Of a stretch of DNA of 64,000 nt, positions 10,096-20,926 are shown one piece after another. The stretch's first letter is position 1. The number at the start of each line of letters is the position of its first letter. The notes under the pieces are model-generated. The model was given only the letters and a program-made list of their open reading frames with translations. It was not told the DNA's origin and did not search any database. The stretch lies in the NCBI GenBank assembly GCA_963667015.2, contig CAXXJJ010000001.1, positions 1,216,001 through 1,280,000 of the forward strand. The letters are read 5' to 3'. The translations under genes were made by a program, and so were the position numbers. The DNA comes from Desulfatiglandales bacterium. GTDB lineage: Bacteria > Desulfobacterota > DSM-4660 > Desulfatiglandales > HGW-15.

Positions 10096-12876
10096 ATGAG
10101 TTCTGAAAACGCGATAAAGATTAATGGCAGGGAAGTCTCCTTTGAAAATGGCGAAACCATTCTCCAGACTGCCCGCAGGAACGGGATTGATATTCCTACA
10201 CTGTGTTACCTGAAGGGTACTGCTCCCACGGGCAGATGCAGGGTCTGTATTGTAGAAGTTGAAGGTTCTGATTCTCTTGTAACATCATGCTCTGAGCCTG
10301 CAGTTGCCGGGATGGTCATAAAAACAGAATCCCCCGGGGTTGTTGCCGAAAGACGAAAAAACCTTGAGCTGCTGGTCGCATCCGGAAGCCATAACTGTCT
10401 TGTTCAGGGGCTCGACACCGATTCCTGGACCGATTTTCAGCTGCAGACCCTGGAGCCGGAAGAGCACAAAACCCTGTGTCCGGCCTATGGCGATTGTGAA
10501 CTCCAGGATCTTGCCATCAGGTACAGGGTAAAGGGCAAAACATTCCCCGTTGATAAATCAAAACTGCCGGTTGAAAATGTGAATCCCTTTATAGTAAGGG
10601 ATCTTTCCCGCTGCATCCTCTGCGGCAGGTGTGTGCAGGCATGTAATGATATCCAGGTGAATAATGCCATAGAAATAGGCGGCAGTGAATCCGAAGAAAA
10701 GATAGTTACAAAGGGAGAAAAGGGTGACCGGCCTCTCAAGGATTCGGACTGCGTATTCTGCGGTGAATGCGTCCAGGCCTGTCCGGTTGGTGCCCTCATC
10801 ACAAAAGAGGAGTTCCTCTCAAACGGCCTGGATCATGATGTGAAAAAAGTCCGCACAACATGTTCATACTGCGGAGTCGGATGCCAGCTTTATCTCCACG
10901 TCAAGGATAACAGGGTTATAAGGGTAACAGGGGTAGAGGATGTAAAACCGAACTCCGGGAGCCTCTGTGTAAAGGGAAGATTCGGCTATGATTTTGTAAA
11001 TGATCCGGGTCGTCTGAAAACCCCTCTTATAAAAGAGAATGGAAAATTCAGGGAGGCAAGCTGGGAAGAGGCCCTTGATCTTGTTGCAGAAAAACTGGGA
11101 TCTATCAAGAAATCATCCGGCCCGAATTCAATAGCTACACTTTGCAGCGCCAGAATTACAAATGAAGAAAATTATCTCGCCCAGAAATTTACCAGGGCGG
11201 TTATTGGTACAAACAGTGTAGACCACTGCGCGCGACTCTGACACAGTTCCACAGTGGCCGGGCTGGCCGCAGCATTCGGAAGTGGCGCAATGACCAATCC
11301 CATAGAGGATATTGAAAAGGCAAACGTGATCCTTATTACCGGGTCGAACACGACAGAGAACCATCCGGTTCTTTCTACCTATGTAAAGAGGGCTGTCAAG
11401 TTCAACGGCGCAAAGCTGATAGTTGTTGATCCAAGGAAGATTCCTGTTACAAGATATGCCGACATCTGGATCAGGCAGAATCTTGGAACGGATGTTATCT
11501 GGATCAACGGCATGATGCATGTCATTATCAAGGAAAACCTCTATGATGAAAAGTATGTAACCGAAAGAACAGTTGGCCTGGATGAATTGAAGGCGACCGT
11601 TGAAAAATATACTCCTGAATATGTAGAGAGCCTGACAGGTATCCCAAAGGATCAGCTGGTTGAGGCGGCAAGGCTTTTTGCCGGCGCAAAGGCCGCATCC
11701 ATACTCTATGCAATGGGAATAACCCAGCATATTACCGGTACAGACAATGTGAAATCACTGGCAAATCTTGCCATGCTGTGCGGTAACGTTGGTGTTGAAG
11801 GAGGAGGTGTAAACCCTCTCAGGGGCCAGAACAATGTTCAGGGCGCCTGTGACATGGGAGGTCTCCCCAACGTATATACCGGATACCAACCTGTAACTGA
11901 TAAAGGTGCAAGGGAACGCATGGAAAAGGCATGGGGAGTTGAAGGGCTTCCTGCCGAGGTAGGTCTTACTGCAACTATAATGATGGAAAAGGCTCACGAA
12001 GGAGAATTAAAGGCCCTGTATATCATCGGTGAAAATCCCATGATATCCGATCCGAATCTGAGCCATGCTAAAAAGAGTCTTGAAAATCTGGAGTTCCTGG
12101 TTGTTCAGGACATCTTTATGACAGAAACTGCAGAACTGGCTGATGTGGTCCTTCCCACTGCCTCATTTGCTGAAAAGAACGGTACATTTGTAAATACCGA
12201 ACGCAAGGTCCAGAGGGTTCGCAAGGCTATTGATCCTCCGGGACAGGCAAAGGACGACTGGGCAATAATCTGTGAGATATCCCGAAGGATGGGATATCCG
12301 ATGGAATATAATAATCCCGAAGAGATCATGACCGAAATATCCGAAGTAACACCTTCCTACTGCGGCATCAGTTACGGCCGTATCGAGGACGACGGTATAC
12401 ACTGGCCGTGTCCTAACAGTGATCACCCGGGTACACCATGCCTGCATGTGGATAAGTTTTCATGCGGACTGGGCGTCTTTCATGCCATTGATTACCTTCC
12501 TCCGGCAGAGATGGTGGATGATAAGTATCCCATGTATCTGACAACCGGAAGGGTTCTCTATCAGTATCATACCGGGACCATGACAATGAAATCGGAAGGC
12601 CTGAATGAACTGGCTCCGAGAAGTTTTGTGGAGATATCAGGCGAGGATGCTCAATCCTACAATATATCAGATGGTGATTTATTGAAGATTGCATCGAGAA
12701 GAGGTGAAATAGAAGCGGAAGCAAGAATATCCGACAAGGCAGTAGCAGGCACTGTGTTTATTCCCTTCCACTACGCCAAGGGAGCGGCCAATATGCTGAC
12801 AAACGCCGCCCTTGACCCGGTGGCGAAAATACCTGAATACAAGGTATGCGCTGTGAGCCTTTCGAAGTTAAGTTGA
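10096..12876 (+). CDS. fdhF: Formate dehydrogenase alpha subunit (FdhF type with N-terminal Fe-S domains), selenoprotein, 926 aa
   Basis: ORFs 10096-11241 and 11254-12876 are in frame across TGA 11239-11241, giving DHCARL-U-HSSTVAGL (the canonical Sec/Cys ligand position). Also CSYCGVGC and RGQNNVQG. selB is in the window. Confidence 0.95.
11254..11270 (+). promoter_or_regulatory. Bacterial SECIS hairpin
   Basis: GTGGCC-gggct-GGCCGC stem-loop with a G-rich loop, 12 nt after the in-frame UGA. Confidence 0.7.
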
Positions 12877-12903
12877 AATAAAAATAACATATAAAAATGA
12901 AAG

Positions 12904-12930
12904 AACCGGGCGCATCAAGCCCGGTTTTTT
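12904..12930 (+). terminator. Rho-independent terminator
   Basis: AACCGGGC/GCCCGGTT stem followed by a T-run after the fdh gene. Confidence 0.85.
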
Positions 12931-13038
12931 ATTTTGGAAATTGTTGATTTTAATATTAAATTTTTGATTTTTTTTTAACGATGGGTTAATTTAACACCTT
13001 TATTTCTAAAAGAAACATTCGCATAAGGAGATGAGCAA

Positions 13039-14205
13039 ATGTTTGATTTCGCACGAATGACCAGACTGCCGCCCTATGTCTTTGCTGAGGTAAATGAACT
13101 GAAGATGCAGCTCAGGCACAAGGGTGAAGATATTATCGATCTTGGAATGGGGAATCCTGATATCCCTACACCTAAACATATAGTAAACAAACTGGTTGAG
13201 GCCGCCAAAAAGGGTCACAATCACCGCTATTCCGCATCTGCCGGTATCCCCAAATTAAGGCTCGCAATCTCGGACTGGTACAAGCGGCGGTATAATGTAA
13301 TTATTGATCCGGACCAGGAAGCCATTGCCACAATGGGCGCAAAGGAAGGGCTTGCCCATCTGATACTGGCAACCATAAGTCCGGGTGATGTTGTTTTTGC
13401 ACCAAACCCGACATACCCGATTCACCCCTACTCAGTAATAATTGCCGGCGGTGATCTCAGGAGCATACCCATAGGGCCGGGCAGGGATTTTTTTGAGGAC
13501 CTTACAAATGCCGCAAAGCAGACATGGCCGAATCCTAAAATGCTTATCATATCTTATCCCCATAACCCGACTACCGAGGTTGTTGATAAAGCCTTTTTCC
13601 GTAAAATTGTAAAGTTTTGCAGTGAACGGGATATGATTGTTGTTCATGACCTGGCATATGCTGATCTTGTTTTTGACGGCTATGAGGCCCCCAGTTTTCT
13701 TCAGGTCCCGGGGGCAAAGAAGATTGGTGTTGAATTCTTCAGCCTCTCAAAGAGTTATTCCATGCCCGGCTGGAGAGTCGGATTTTGTGTGGGCAATAAA
13801 AAGATAATTGCCGCCCTCAAGCGAATTAAGAGCTACCTTGATTACGGGATGTTTCAGCCAATTCAGATCGCATCAATCATCGCTCTTAACGGGCCGGATG
13901 ATTGCGTCAAAGATATTGTAAATATCTACAAAGAACGAAGAGATTCGCTGATTGACGGCCTTGACCGTGTAGGCTGGCATATTGAAAAACCCAGGGCCAC
14001 GATGTTCGTGTGGGCAAGGATTCCTGAACAGTACAGAAAGATGGGGTCTGTGGAGTTCTCAAAGATGCTCATTAAAAAGGCGAAGGTTGCTGTTTCCCCC
14101 GGAAGAGGGTTTGGTGAATATGGCGATGAGTATGTAAGATTCGCGCTGGTTGAAAATCCGCAACGGACAAGGCAGGCCATCAGGGGAATAAAACAGGTTC
14201 TTTAA
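13039..14205 (+). CDS. alaC: PLP-dependent class I/II aminotransferase, AlaC-like
   Basis: [16 protein letters not shown] and [14 protein letters not shown]; typical position upstream of hom. Confidence 0.85.
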   Translation: MFDFARMTRLPPYVFAEVNELKMQLRHKGEDIIDLGMGNPDIPTPKHIVNKLVEAAKKGHNHRYSASAGIPKLRLAISDWYKRRYNVIIDPDQEAIATMGAKEGLAHLILATISPGDVVFAPNPTYPIHPYSVIIAGGDLRSIPIGPGRDFFEDLTNAAKQTWPNPKMLIISYPHNPTTEVVDKAFFRKIVKFCSERDMIVVHDLAYADLVFDGYEAPSFLQVPGAKKIGVEFFSLSKSYSMPGWRVGFCVGNKKIIAALKRIKSYLDYGMFQPIQIASIIALNGPDDCVKDIVNIYKERRDSLIDGLDRVGWHIEKPRATMFVWARIPEQYRKMGSVEFSKMLIKKAKVAVSPGRGFGEYGDEYVRFALVENPQRTRQAIRGIKQVL

Positions 14206-14242
14206 TAATTAAATTGAGTTTTCCTATTCAGGGAGATAAAAA

Positions 14243-15544
14243 ATGAAGCAGGTTAATGTTGGTATTATAGGGTTCGGGACAGTAGGCGCCGGAACCGCGG
14301 AGATTCTACTCAATAACAGGGAAATAATAGGAAAAAGGGTTGGCCTTGATATAGTCTTAAGGAGAGTTGCTGACCTTGACCTTGAAACCGACCGTGGCGT
14401 CAAACTGCCTGAAGGCGTTCTTACGAACGATACCGTCGCGTTATTGAATGATCCTGATATTGATATTGTTGTTGAACTTATAGGCGGACTTACAATAGCA
14501 AAGCAGTTTATCAGCACTGCATTGAATAATGGCAAGCATGTGGTGACGGCCAATAAGGCGCTCCTTGCAGAACTGGGAAGTGAGTTGTTCGATATCGCTT
14601 CCCAAAAAGGAGTAAACCTTGCCTACGAAGCCGCTGTGGGCGGCGGTATGCCAGTTGTCGGCGCCATCAGGGACGGGCTTGCCGCAAATAATACCACAAC
14701 CATTATTGGTATATTAAATGGAACTTCCAATTATATCCTGACCCGAATGGCAAAGGACGGTCTTCCATATGAGGATGCTGTGAACGGAGCCATTAAACTC
14801 GGTTATGCGGAAGATCCTCCTACGCTCGATGTAGACGGGACCGATGCGGCCCATAAACTTGCCATACTTATTTCCCTGACATATGGTGTGCCGGCTCCCT
14901 TTGAGAGTATCTACAGGGAAGGCATAGATAAATTGACCCAGGAAGATATTCAGTTTGCTGATGAATTCGGATACTGCATAAAGCTTCTAACAGTAGCAAG
15001 GGACCTGGGTGATGAAGTTGAAGCAAGGGTGCATCCGGCGATGCTCCCCAAGGGGCATATCCTTTCCAACGTAAATGAGGCCTTTAATGCAGTATTTATC
15101 GAAGGCGATTATGTTGGGCCAACCCTTTACTACGGCCAGGGTGCGGGAAGAAAACCGACAGGCAGTGCCGTTGTGTCCGATATAATGGCTATTGCCAGGA
15201 AGATAAAGTGTGGATCGGATAAAGAAGTCAGTCCACTTGGTTTTGCCGACTCAATCGGTCAGGAGATAAAAATCCAGTCCATGAAGAGCCTGAAAACAGC
15301 CTATTATTTCAGGTTTTCAGCGCTTGATAAACCGGGAGTGCTTTCAAAGATAGCGGGAATCCTGGGGGAAAAGAATATAAGTATCTCATCGGTTATCCAG
15401 AAGGGAAGGGATACGGACGGGGCTGTTCCCATTGTTATGCTGACCCATGAGGCCGTTGAACAGGATGTAATAGAAGCCCTGGAGATAATAGATAAGCTTG
15501 ATGTGCTTAAGGATAAGACAATGATGATTCGGGTAATGGGATAA
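14243..15544 (+). CDS. hom: Homoserine dehydrogenase with ACT domain
   Basis: GFGTVG, VVTANKA, GILNGTSNYIL, DAAHKL and a C-terminal DKPGVL ACT domain. Confidence 0.96.
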   Translation: MKQVNVGIIGFGTVGAGTAEILLNNREIIGKRVGLDIVLRRVADLDLETDRGVKLPEGVLTNDTVALLNDPDIDIVVELIGGLTIAKQFISTALNNGKHVVTANKALLAELGSELFDIASQKGVNLAYEAAVGGGMPVVGAIRDGLAANNTTTIIGILNGTSNYILTRMAKDGLPYEDAVNGAIKLGYAEDPPTLDVDGTDAAHKLAILISLTYGVPAPFESIYREGIDKLTQEDIQFADEFGYCIKLLTVARDLGDEVEARVHPAMLPKGHILSNVNEAFNAVFIEGDYVGPTLYYGQGAGRKPTGSAVVSDIMAIARKIKCGSDKEVSPLGFADSIGQEIKIQSMKSLKTAYYFRFSALDKPGVLSKIAGILGEKNISISSVIQKGRDTDGAVPIVMLTHEAVEQDVIEALEIIDKLDVLKDKTMMIRVMG

Positions 15545-15548
15545 AAGC

Positions 15549-15615
15549 GCGGTTTGCGGTTTACTGTCTGCGGTGAAAGCTTTTACCTTATACCTCATAC
15601 CGTAAACCTTATACC
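15549..15615. repeat. Inverted array of degenerate heptamer repeats (GCGGTTT / AAACCTT-ATACCGT family); related copy at 48243-48276
   Basis: Visible 7-mer periodicity with mirror arms in intergenic DNA. Confidence 0.55.
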
Positions 15616-15661
15616 AGTATATATAATCCAGAATAGATAAAAGGAAGTAATATAAAACATT

Positions 15662-16876
15662 ATGACTAATAATAGAACCAAGTACCTTGTCCTCGTCGGT
15701 GACGGGATGGCCGATTATCCCCTTGATGAGCTTGGCGGTAGAACCCCTCTTGAAGCGGCCAATACCCCCAACATGGACCTTATTGCCTCATGCCGTATAG
15801 GTTGTGTAAGGACAATACCTGACGGTATGGAACCGGGGAGTGACGTGGCAAACCTTGCCCTCATGGGCTATGATCCAAAGGAATATCATACCGGCAGGTC
15901 ACCCCTTGAGGCAGCCAGCATGGGTGTTAAACTGGAGGAGAACGATGTTGCCTTCAGGATGAATCTGGTTACCCTGGATAGGAAATCCTACAATGAAATC
16001 ATTATGGTCAGCCACAGTTCAGGTGATATAACAACAGAAGAATCATGTGAAATCATTGATAACCTTAAAAACTTTCTTCAGATACAGGGTACAAAAATTT
16101 ACACGGGTGTTGCATACAGGCACCTTCTGGTCTGGAAAAACGGACCTGAAAAAGCCCATACCATTCCTCCCCACGATGTGCTTGACCGGAATATGGCTGA
16201 ATATCTGCATGACCTGAGTAATCCGGTTGTCGAAATGATTCAGGATTCCTGGGAAGTTCTGGAATACCACCCTGTAAACACAAAAAGAAAAAGATCTCTT
16301 TTAAAGGAGGCAAACTCCATATGGCTCTGGGGACAGGGAAAGGCACCTGCTATTCCATTGTTTAAAGATCTATACGGCCTGGATGGAGGAGTCATTTCTG
16401 CAGTTGATCTCATTAAAGGTATTGGGAAATATGCCGGTTTTACTTCCATTCATGTTGATGGAGCTACAGGATACCTGGATACAAATTACAGGGGCAAAGC
16501 CGAAGGTGCGGTCAATGGATTGAATGATATGGATTTTGTTTTTGTACATGTCGAGGCACCTGATGAGGCAGGGCATAATGGAAATTATAAGGAAAAGATA
16601 CAGGCAATTGAAGCCTTTGACAGAGAAGTTGTGGGAGTCGCACTTGACGGCCTGAAAAAATTTGATGATTACAGGGTTATGGTTGTGAGCGATCATTACA
16701 CCCCGATTGTCAAAAAAACCCACACAAGTGAACCTGCTCCATTTGCATGGGCAAGCAGGGCCGAGCTTGAAGCCGCAGAAAAGGTCAAGGGATTTACAGA
16801 AAAATATGCTGTAGAAAGCGACCTGCTGATAGATCCGGGTCATGAACTGATGAAAGAATTTTTAGGTGTGAAATGA
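15662..16876 (+). CDS. Cofactor-independent phosphoglycerate mutase family (ApgM-like; proposed homoserine kinase subfamily)
   Basis: GDGMAD, PGSDVANL, HVEAPDEAGH and SDHYTP metal motifs; adjacent to hom. Confidence 0.88.
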   Translation: MTNNRTKYLVLVGDGMADYPLDELGGRTPLEAANTPNMDLIASCRIGCVRTIPDGMEPGSDVANLALMGYDPKEYHTGRSPLEAASMGVKLEENDVAFRMNLVTLDRKSYNEIIMVSHSSGDITTEESCEIIDNLKNFLQIQGTKIYTGVAYRHLLVWKNGPEKAHTIPPHDVLDRNMAEYLHDLSNPVVEMIQDSWEVLEYHPVNTKRKRSLLKEANSIWLWGQGKAPAIPLFKDLYGLDGGVISAVDLIKGIGKYAGFTSIHVDGATGYLDTNYRGKAEGAVNGLNDMDFVFVHVEAPDEAGHNGNYKEKIQAIEAFDREVVGVALDGLKKFDDYRVMVVSDHYTPIVKKTHTSEPAPFAWASRAELEAAEKVKGFTEKYAVESDLLIDPGHELMKEFLGVK

Positions 16877-17670
16877 AAAAAGTCCTGACAATTGCCGGCT
16901 CTGACAGTGGCGGAGGAGCAGGCATTCAGGCAGATCTTAAGACCTTTACCGCATTCGGTGTTTTCGGAACCTCTGCCATAACCGCCCTGACAGCACAGAA
17001 TACAGTTGGTGTCCAGGGCATTTCAGAAGTCGATCCTGAGTTTGTAAAAAAACAGATAACAAGTGTGCTGGATGATATAGGTACAGACGCGGTCAAGACC
17101 GGTATGCTGGCAAGCCCTGAAATAGTAAGGGTTGTGGCAGGCACCCTGAGTGATTATAATATTAAAAACATTGTTGTTGATCCAGTCATGATCGCAAAGA
17201 GCGGTGATTCATTGCTGTCAGAGGATGCAGGTAAATGCGTCATTCAGGACCTCATACCTCTGGCCGCAGTTGTAACACCCAATATCCATGAAGCGGAGGC
17301 AATGCTTGATATCCGGATAAACAGTATTGATGATATGAAAAATGCTGGTGCTATGATCAGAGATATGGGGTGTGACTGGGTTGTAATCAAGGGCGGCCAT
17401 ATTAAAAATGAGAAAATGGCGACCGATATTGTATATAATGGTAATGAGTATTTCCTGCTCAGTGAAGAAAGGTATGATACAAAGAATAGTCATGGAACAG
17501 GCTGCACCTTTTCATCAGCAATAGCGGCAGGTATTGCAAAGGGGTATCCTGTGCTTAAAGCCATTCAACAGGCAAAGGCATTTATTACAATGGCCATTAA
17601 AGAGAGTTTTGCCATCGGGGCAGGGCATGGCCCGACCAATCATTTTACAGGTATGAAGACAGGATGGTGA
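16873..17670 (+). CDS. thiD: Hydroxymethylpyrimidine/phosphomethylpyrimidine kinase
   Basis: IAGSDSGGGAGIQADLKT, VVDPVM and HGTGCTFS. Confidence 0.96.
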   Translation: MKKVLTIAGSDSGGGAGIQADLKTFTAFGVFGTSAITALTAQNTVGVQGISEVDPEFVKKQITSVLDDIGTDAVKTGMLASPEIVRVVAGTLSDYNIKNIVVDPVMIAKSGDSLLSEDAGKCVIQDLIPLAAVVTPNIHEAEAMLDIRINSIDDMKNAGAMIRDMGCDWVVIKGGHIKNEKMATDIVYNGNEYFLLSEERYDTKNSHGTGCTFSSAIAAGIAKGYPVLKAIQQAKAFITMAIKESFAIGAGHGPTNHFTGMKTGW

Positions 17671-17671
17671 T

Positions 17672-18145
17672 ATGATCATTTCATTAATGGCGGCAAAGTC
17701 GGATAATAATGTAATCGGCAACAACGCGGATATTCCCTGGAAGGCAGAAGGCGAGCAGTTCCTTTTCAAGGCCATGACATACAACCACTGGCTGCTTGTC
17801 GGAAGAAAAACATACGAGGCAATGGGTAAGCTTCCAAACAGGAAATACGCCGTTGTATCGAGCTCTCTTGAAGAAAAAACAGGCGGAGATGTCTGTTTTT
17901 TTAAGTCAATTGATGCAGCACTGGAATATCTGTCAGCTATAACAGATCTTGTGGTTGTCTCCGGTGGCGGGCAGATTTATGCTGAAACCATTTCCATGGT
18001 TGATGTGATTCATCTGTCTGTTATTCACTGCAGGGCAGAAGGCAATGTGTTCTTTCCTGAGATTCCAGAAGATTTTAAAATGGTTTTTTCCCAGGATTTT
18101 CGATCAAACATAGATTATACATATCAGATATGGACAAAGGCCTGA
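17672..18145 (+). CDS. dfrA: Dihydrofolate reductase of the DfrA1/A5/A7-like 157-aa clade
   Basis: 157 aa; DIPWKAEGEQFLFKAMTYNHWLLVGRKT, LPNRKYAVV, SGGGQIY and SNIDYTYQIW. Confidence 0.85.
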   Translation: MIISLMAAKSDNNVIGNNADIPWKAEGEQFLFKAMTYNHWLLVGRKTYEAMGKLPNRKYAVVSSSLEEKTGGDVCFFKSIDAALEYLSAITDLVVVSGGGQIYAETISMVDVIHLSVIHCRAEGNVFFPEIPEDFKMVFSQDFRSNIDYTYQIWTKA

Positions 18146-18172
18146 TATAAATCAGATCTAAGGAGAAACAGA

Positions 18173-18778
18173 ATGAAAATTCTTGCAGTATCATGCAGTC
18201 CCAGAAAAAAAGGTTCTACTGTGGAGATCCTTGAAGAGGTTCTCACTGGAGCCAGTGAAGAGGGATCAGATACAGAGCTGTACAGTGTCTCGGGTAAAAC
18301 ACTTAACGGATGTAATTCATGCTACGCATGTGGTGAAAAGGGTAAGTGTGTTCAAAATGATGATATGGATGAACTCTATTCAAAGATGGTTGAGGCGGAT
18401 GGTATAGTCTTTGGAACGCCTATATATTATTACGGCATGACATCCCAGGCAAAGGCAATAGTCGACCGTACGTTTTCATTGAATACACCGGAGACCAGCC
18501 TGAAAAATAAGGTCGGTGGTATTGTGACAGTGGCAGGTAGCCTGGGAATGATAGACGCCATAAAGGATTTTTATTTTCTCTTTGCAGTAAAACAGATGCT
18601 CCCGGCCAGTTATGTTGCCATGTATTCGGGAGCGGTTCATGATCTTCAAAAGCTTGAAAAGGGCATGAAGGCGGCAAGGGACCTTGGAAGACAGATGGTT
18701 AAACTTGCAGATAAAAAATTTGAATACCCGGAAGAATTTCCGCCAAGACCCTTTGCCTTTGGCACTCACACACATTGA
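18173..18778 (+). CDS. Flavodoxin-like iron-sulfur flavoprotein (NADPH-dependent FMN reductase family)
   Basis: SPRKKGST, CxxCxxCxxxxxC and GTPIYY. Confidence 0.88.
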   Translation: MKILAVSCSPRKKGSTVEILEEVLTGASEEGSDTELYSVSGKTLNGCNSCYACGEKGKCVQNDDMDELYSKMVEADGIVFGTPIYYYGMTSQAKAIVDRTFSLNTPETSLKNKVGGIVTVAGSLGMIDAIKDFYFLFAVKQMLPASYVAMYSGAVHDLQKLEKGMKAARDLGRQMVKLADKKFEYPEEFPPRPFAFGTHTH

Positions 18779-18784
18779 TAAGAT

Positions 18785-18862
18785 CAGGCTGAAGGGGATT
18801 AAGCTGTAGACTGTCAGGGTTTTGTTTTTCCTTCAGCCCTTAGTCTAAAATGCTTTAGCCTG
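18785..18862. repeat. Imperfect inverted-repeat element CAGGCTGAAG...CTTTAGCCTG (copy 1)
   Basis: Same family at 19415-19496 and 20927-21041, with a half copy at 53453-53485. Confidence 0.65.
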
Positions 18863-18904
18863 TTTTCTCAGCCAGTTTTTAAGATTTTGAAAAGGATTTT
18901 ATAT

Positions 18905-19432
18905 ATGAAAGTTATCTGTTCCTTCTGTAGAAAAGATATTTGTGAAATAGAACCTCTTTATGATCCAAGTATAAAATATGGCACATGCAATGAATGTCAT
19001 GATGCATTTGCTGAAAAAGTTAAGGGTCTGACTCTTGACCAGGTCATCGACGAGTTTGAAACGCCAGTACTGGTTGTGGACGAGGACTGCAGGGTCGTTG
19101 CCTCCAATAAACTGGCGTCGCACATAACCGGATTAGGTCCGTCAAAAAGAGATTATCTGGGATTGTTTGGCGGAGAGGCCTTAAAGTGTGAATATGCTGA
19201 TCTTCCGGAAGGGTGTGGTAAGACTTACCATTGTGTAGGGTGTGCAATACGTAACGCTGTTAAGACATCAATTGAAAATGGAAAACCACAAAAGAATATT
19301 CCTGTCAACTTGAAGAGAAAAGATGGAGAAATAAATCTTAACATATCAACTGAGAAGATTTTTTCTCTTGTAAGAATCAATCTGAAAACGGATTTTATTC
19401 CCAGCAAGGATAAACAGACTGAAGCGTTTTAG
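18905..19432 (+). CDS. Hypothetical protein: N-terminal CxxC...CxxC zinc ribbon plus PAS-like Cys-rich domain
   Basis: ICSFC...TCNEC; PVLVVDEDCRVVASN PAS-like start; CGKTYHCVGC. Confidence 0.65.
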   Translation: MKVICSFCRKDICEIEPLYDPSIKYGTCNECHDAFAEKVKGLTLDQVIDEFETPVLVVDEDCRVVASNKLASHITGLGPSKRDYLGLFGGEALKCEYADLPEGCGKTYHCVGCAIRNAVKTSIENGKPQKNIPVNLKRKDGEINLNISTEKIFSLVRINLKTDFIPSKDKQTEAF

Positions 19433-19496
19433 CCTGAAGACTATCAGGTTCCTTCTTCTTTTGCTAACAGCCCTCAGCCTAAAATGCTTCAGCCTG
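19415..19496. repeat. Imperfect inverted-repeat element (copy 2), overlapping the stop codons of both convergent genes
   Basis: CAGACTGAAGCGTTTTAG...CTAAAATGCTTCAGCCTG. Confidence 0.65.
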
Positions 19497-20901
19497 ATTT
19501 TTTAGCTACAATGACGTAGCGACTCGTAATACCCAGTATTTTCTTTTTCTGCATTGCTGCAACAACATTTGCCTGAAACCTTTCGGATGACATGGGTGCC
19601 TGGATAATATGACTGACTTCCCATCCCGCATCCTCCATCAATCTGCAGTAATCGGTAATTAGTATTGCCGCCTTTCGGGATTCATCAATGGCAGGAGTGC
19701 CCTGGAAGTCCCGCCAGTCGGCATTTATCATAGCCAGCCTTGTGCCCTTTTTGCTGTTCTTATTAGCCAGTTTAAAGAACTCTTCAAGGAATCTGAGATA
19801 TTCTTCTCTACTCATGTTTGCTATGCTGGTTTCTTCATACTCTTTTACTTTTTTGCTGAAATAGGGAGGGTCAAAAATAATAAGATCCGGTTTTGTCTTT
19901 CCATTAACAGGCCATTTGAGGTTATTGATATCCCAGAAATGATGTTCTATCTCTGGCCTTTCATTGATTCTATCAACCATATCAAAACTCCAGCAGCGGC
20001 GGTTGAATGCAAGACATGTATCTGCCACAACCCCGCCTCCTGCCATGGGGTCGATAACAAGATCATTCTGGCTTGAAAAGAAATAAAGGATATGCGCGAC
20101 CAGCTGCGCCGGGATTCTCCCCGGCCACTCATCACCGAACCTTTTATCACAGTCATTCCAGTTCCACAGGTCCCAGGTCCTTATTCCCCACTGTAATTCC
20201 TGGTATTTGGTAAAGTCATCTTTTTCCTTAAGCTTGATGGACCATAGCAAAGATTCAGGCCAGCCGTGCTTTTCAGCAGTTTGAGCTACTGTAAAACCTT
20301 TTTCCAGGTCGCTATTTGGTAAATCTGGCAATGCTGCCATTTTTACCAAATGGTATTTAATTGTCTCCCTCGATTCACCTAATTGAGCTGAAATTCTTTC
20401 CTGAGGGATACCAAGGCGACTCATTTTAAACAATTTAAGATCAAATTCTACTTGAGCCGCGGCCTTTAAATCAGCAATATAGAAATCGACTGTTCTTCTG
20501 GCACGACCCACTGCTATACCGATTTCTGCTGAATTCAGTTTTGGGTCATCCAGATATGCCCTTCTGGCAGCATCTCTTGCCTCTTCGTCGCTAAGCTGCC
20601 TTGGGCCTATGGCCTGTTTTGCGGCATACAACAGGGGATTTGTGCCATTGAGCTTTATTATCTGTGCGGGAATTTCTTTTTCGCCAATGCCTTTATATGC
20701 AGTTAATCTATGAGCACCGTCCAGGATGCGATACTTTCCCGGTTCATCCGGATGTTTCTGAAGATGTATAGGGTCAAATTTAATGCCGTCCCGCATGTTT
20801 TCCTCAAACATGGTAACTCGTTTGTAGTCAATGCTGCTTCGCGGGTAAATACTTTTATCCAGAACAATGTCTTCAACTTGTACAGTCTGCACTTTACTCA
20901 T
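19489..20901 (-). CDS. ParB/Srx N-terminal domain fused to HTH and an amino (N6A/N4C) methyltransferase
   Basis: ILDGAHRL ParB motif; DPMAGGG SAM-binding motif I; FDPPY catalytic motif IV; SD AAGGAG. Confidence 0.85.
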   Translation of the reverse strand: MSKVQTVQVEDIVLDKSIYPRSSIDYKRVTMFEENMRDGIKFDPIHLQKHPDEPGKYRILDGAHRLTAYKGIGEKEIPAQIIKLNGTNPLLYAAKQAIGPRQLSDEEARDAARRAYLDDPKLNSAEIGIAVGRARRTVDFYIADLKAAAQVEFDLKLFKMSRLGIPQERISAQLGESRETIKYHLVKMAALPDLPNSDLEKGFTVAQTAEKHGWPESLLWSIKLKEKDDFTKYQELQWGIRTWDLWNWNDCDKRFGDEWPGRIPAQLVAHILYFFSSQNDLVIDPMAGGGVVADTCLAFNRRCWSFDMVDRINERPEIEHHFWDINNLKWPVNGKTKPDLIIFDPPYFSKKVKEYEETSIANMSREEYLRFLEEFFKLANKNSKKGTRLAMINADWRDFQGTPAIDESRKAAILITDYCRLMEDAGWEVSHIIQAPMSSERFQANVVAAMQKKKILGITSRYVIVAKKSG

Positions 20902-20926
20902 GGGTGTCTCCTTTTGGTTAGAAAAG

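Noticed and set aside
10096..12876. fdh as a pseudogene or as two genes
   Set aside because: The stop is an in-frame TGA at the Sec position with a SECIS-like hairpin, and selB is present.
17672..18172. dfrA as an integron gene cassette
   Set aside because: No attC-like inverted repeat or integrase is visible; the gene is tightly packed in an operon.
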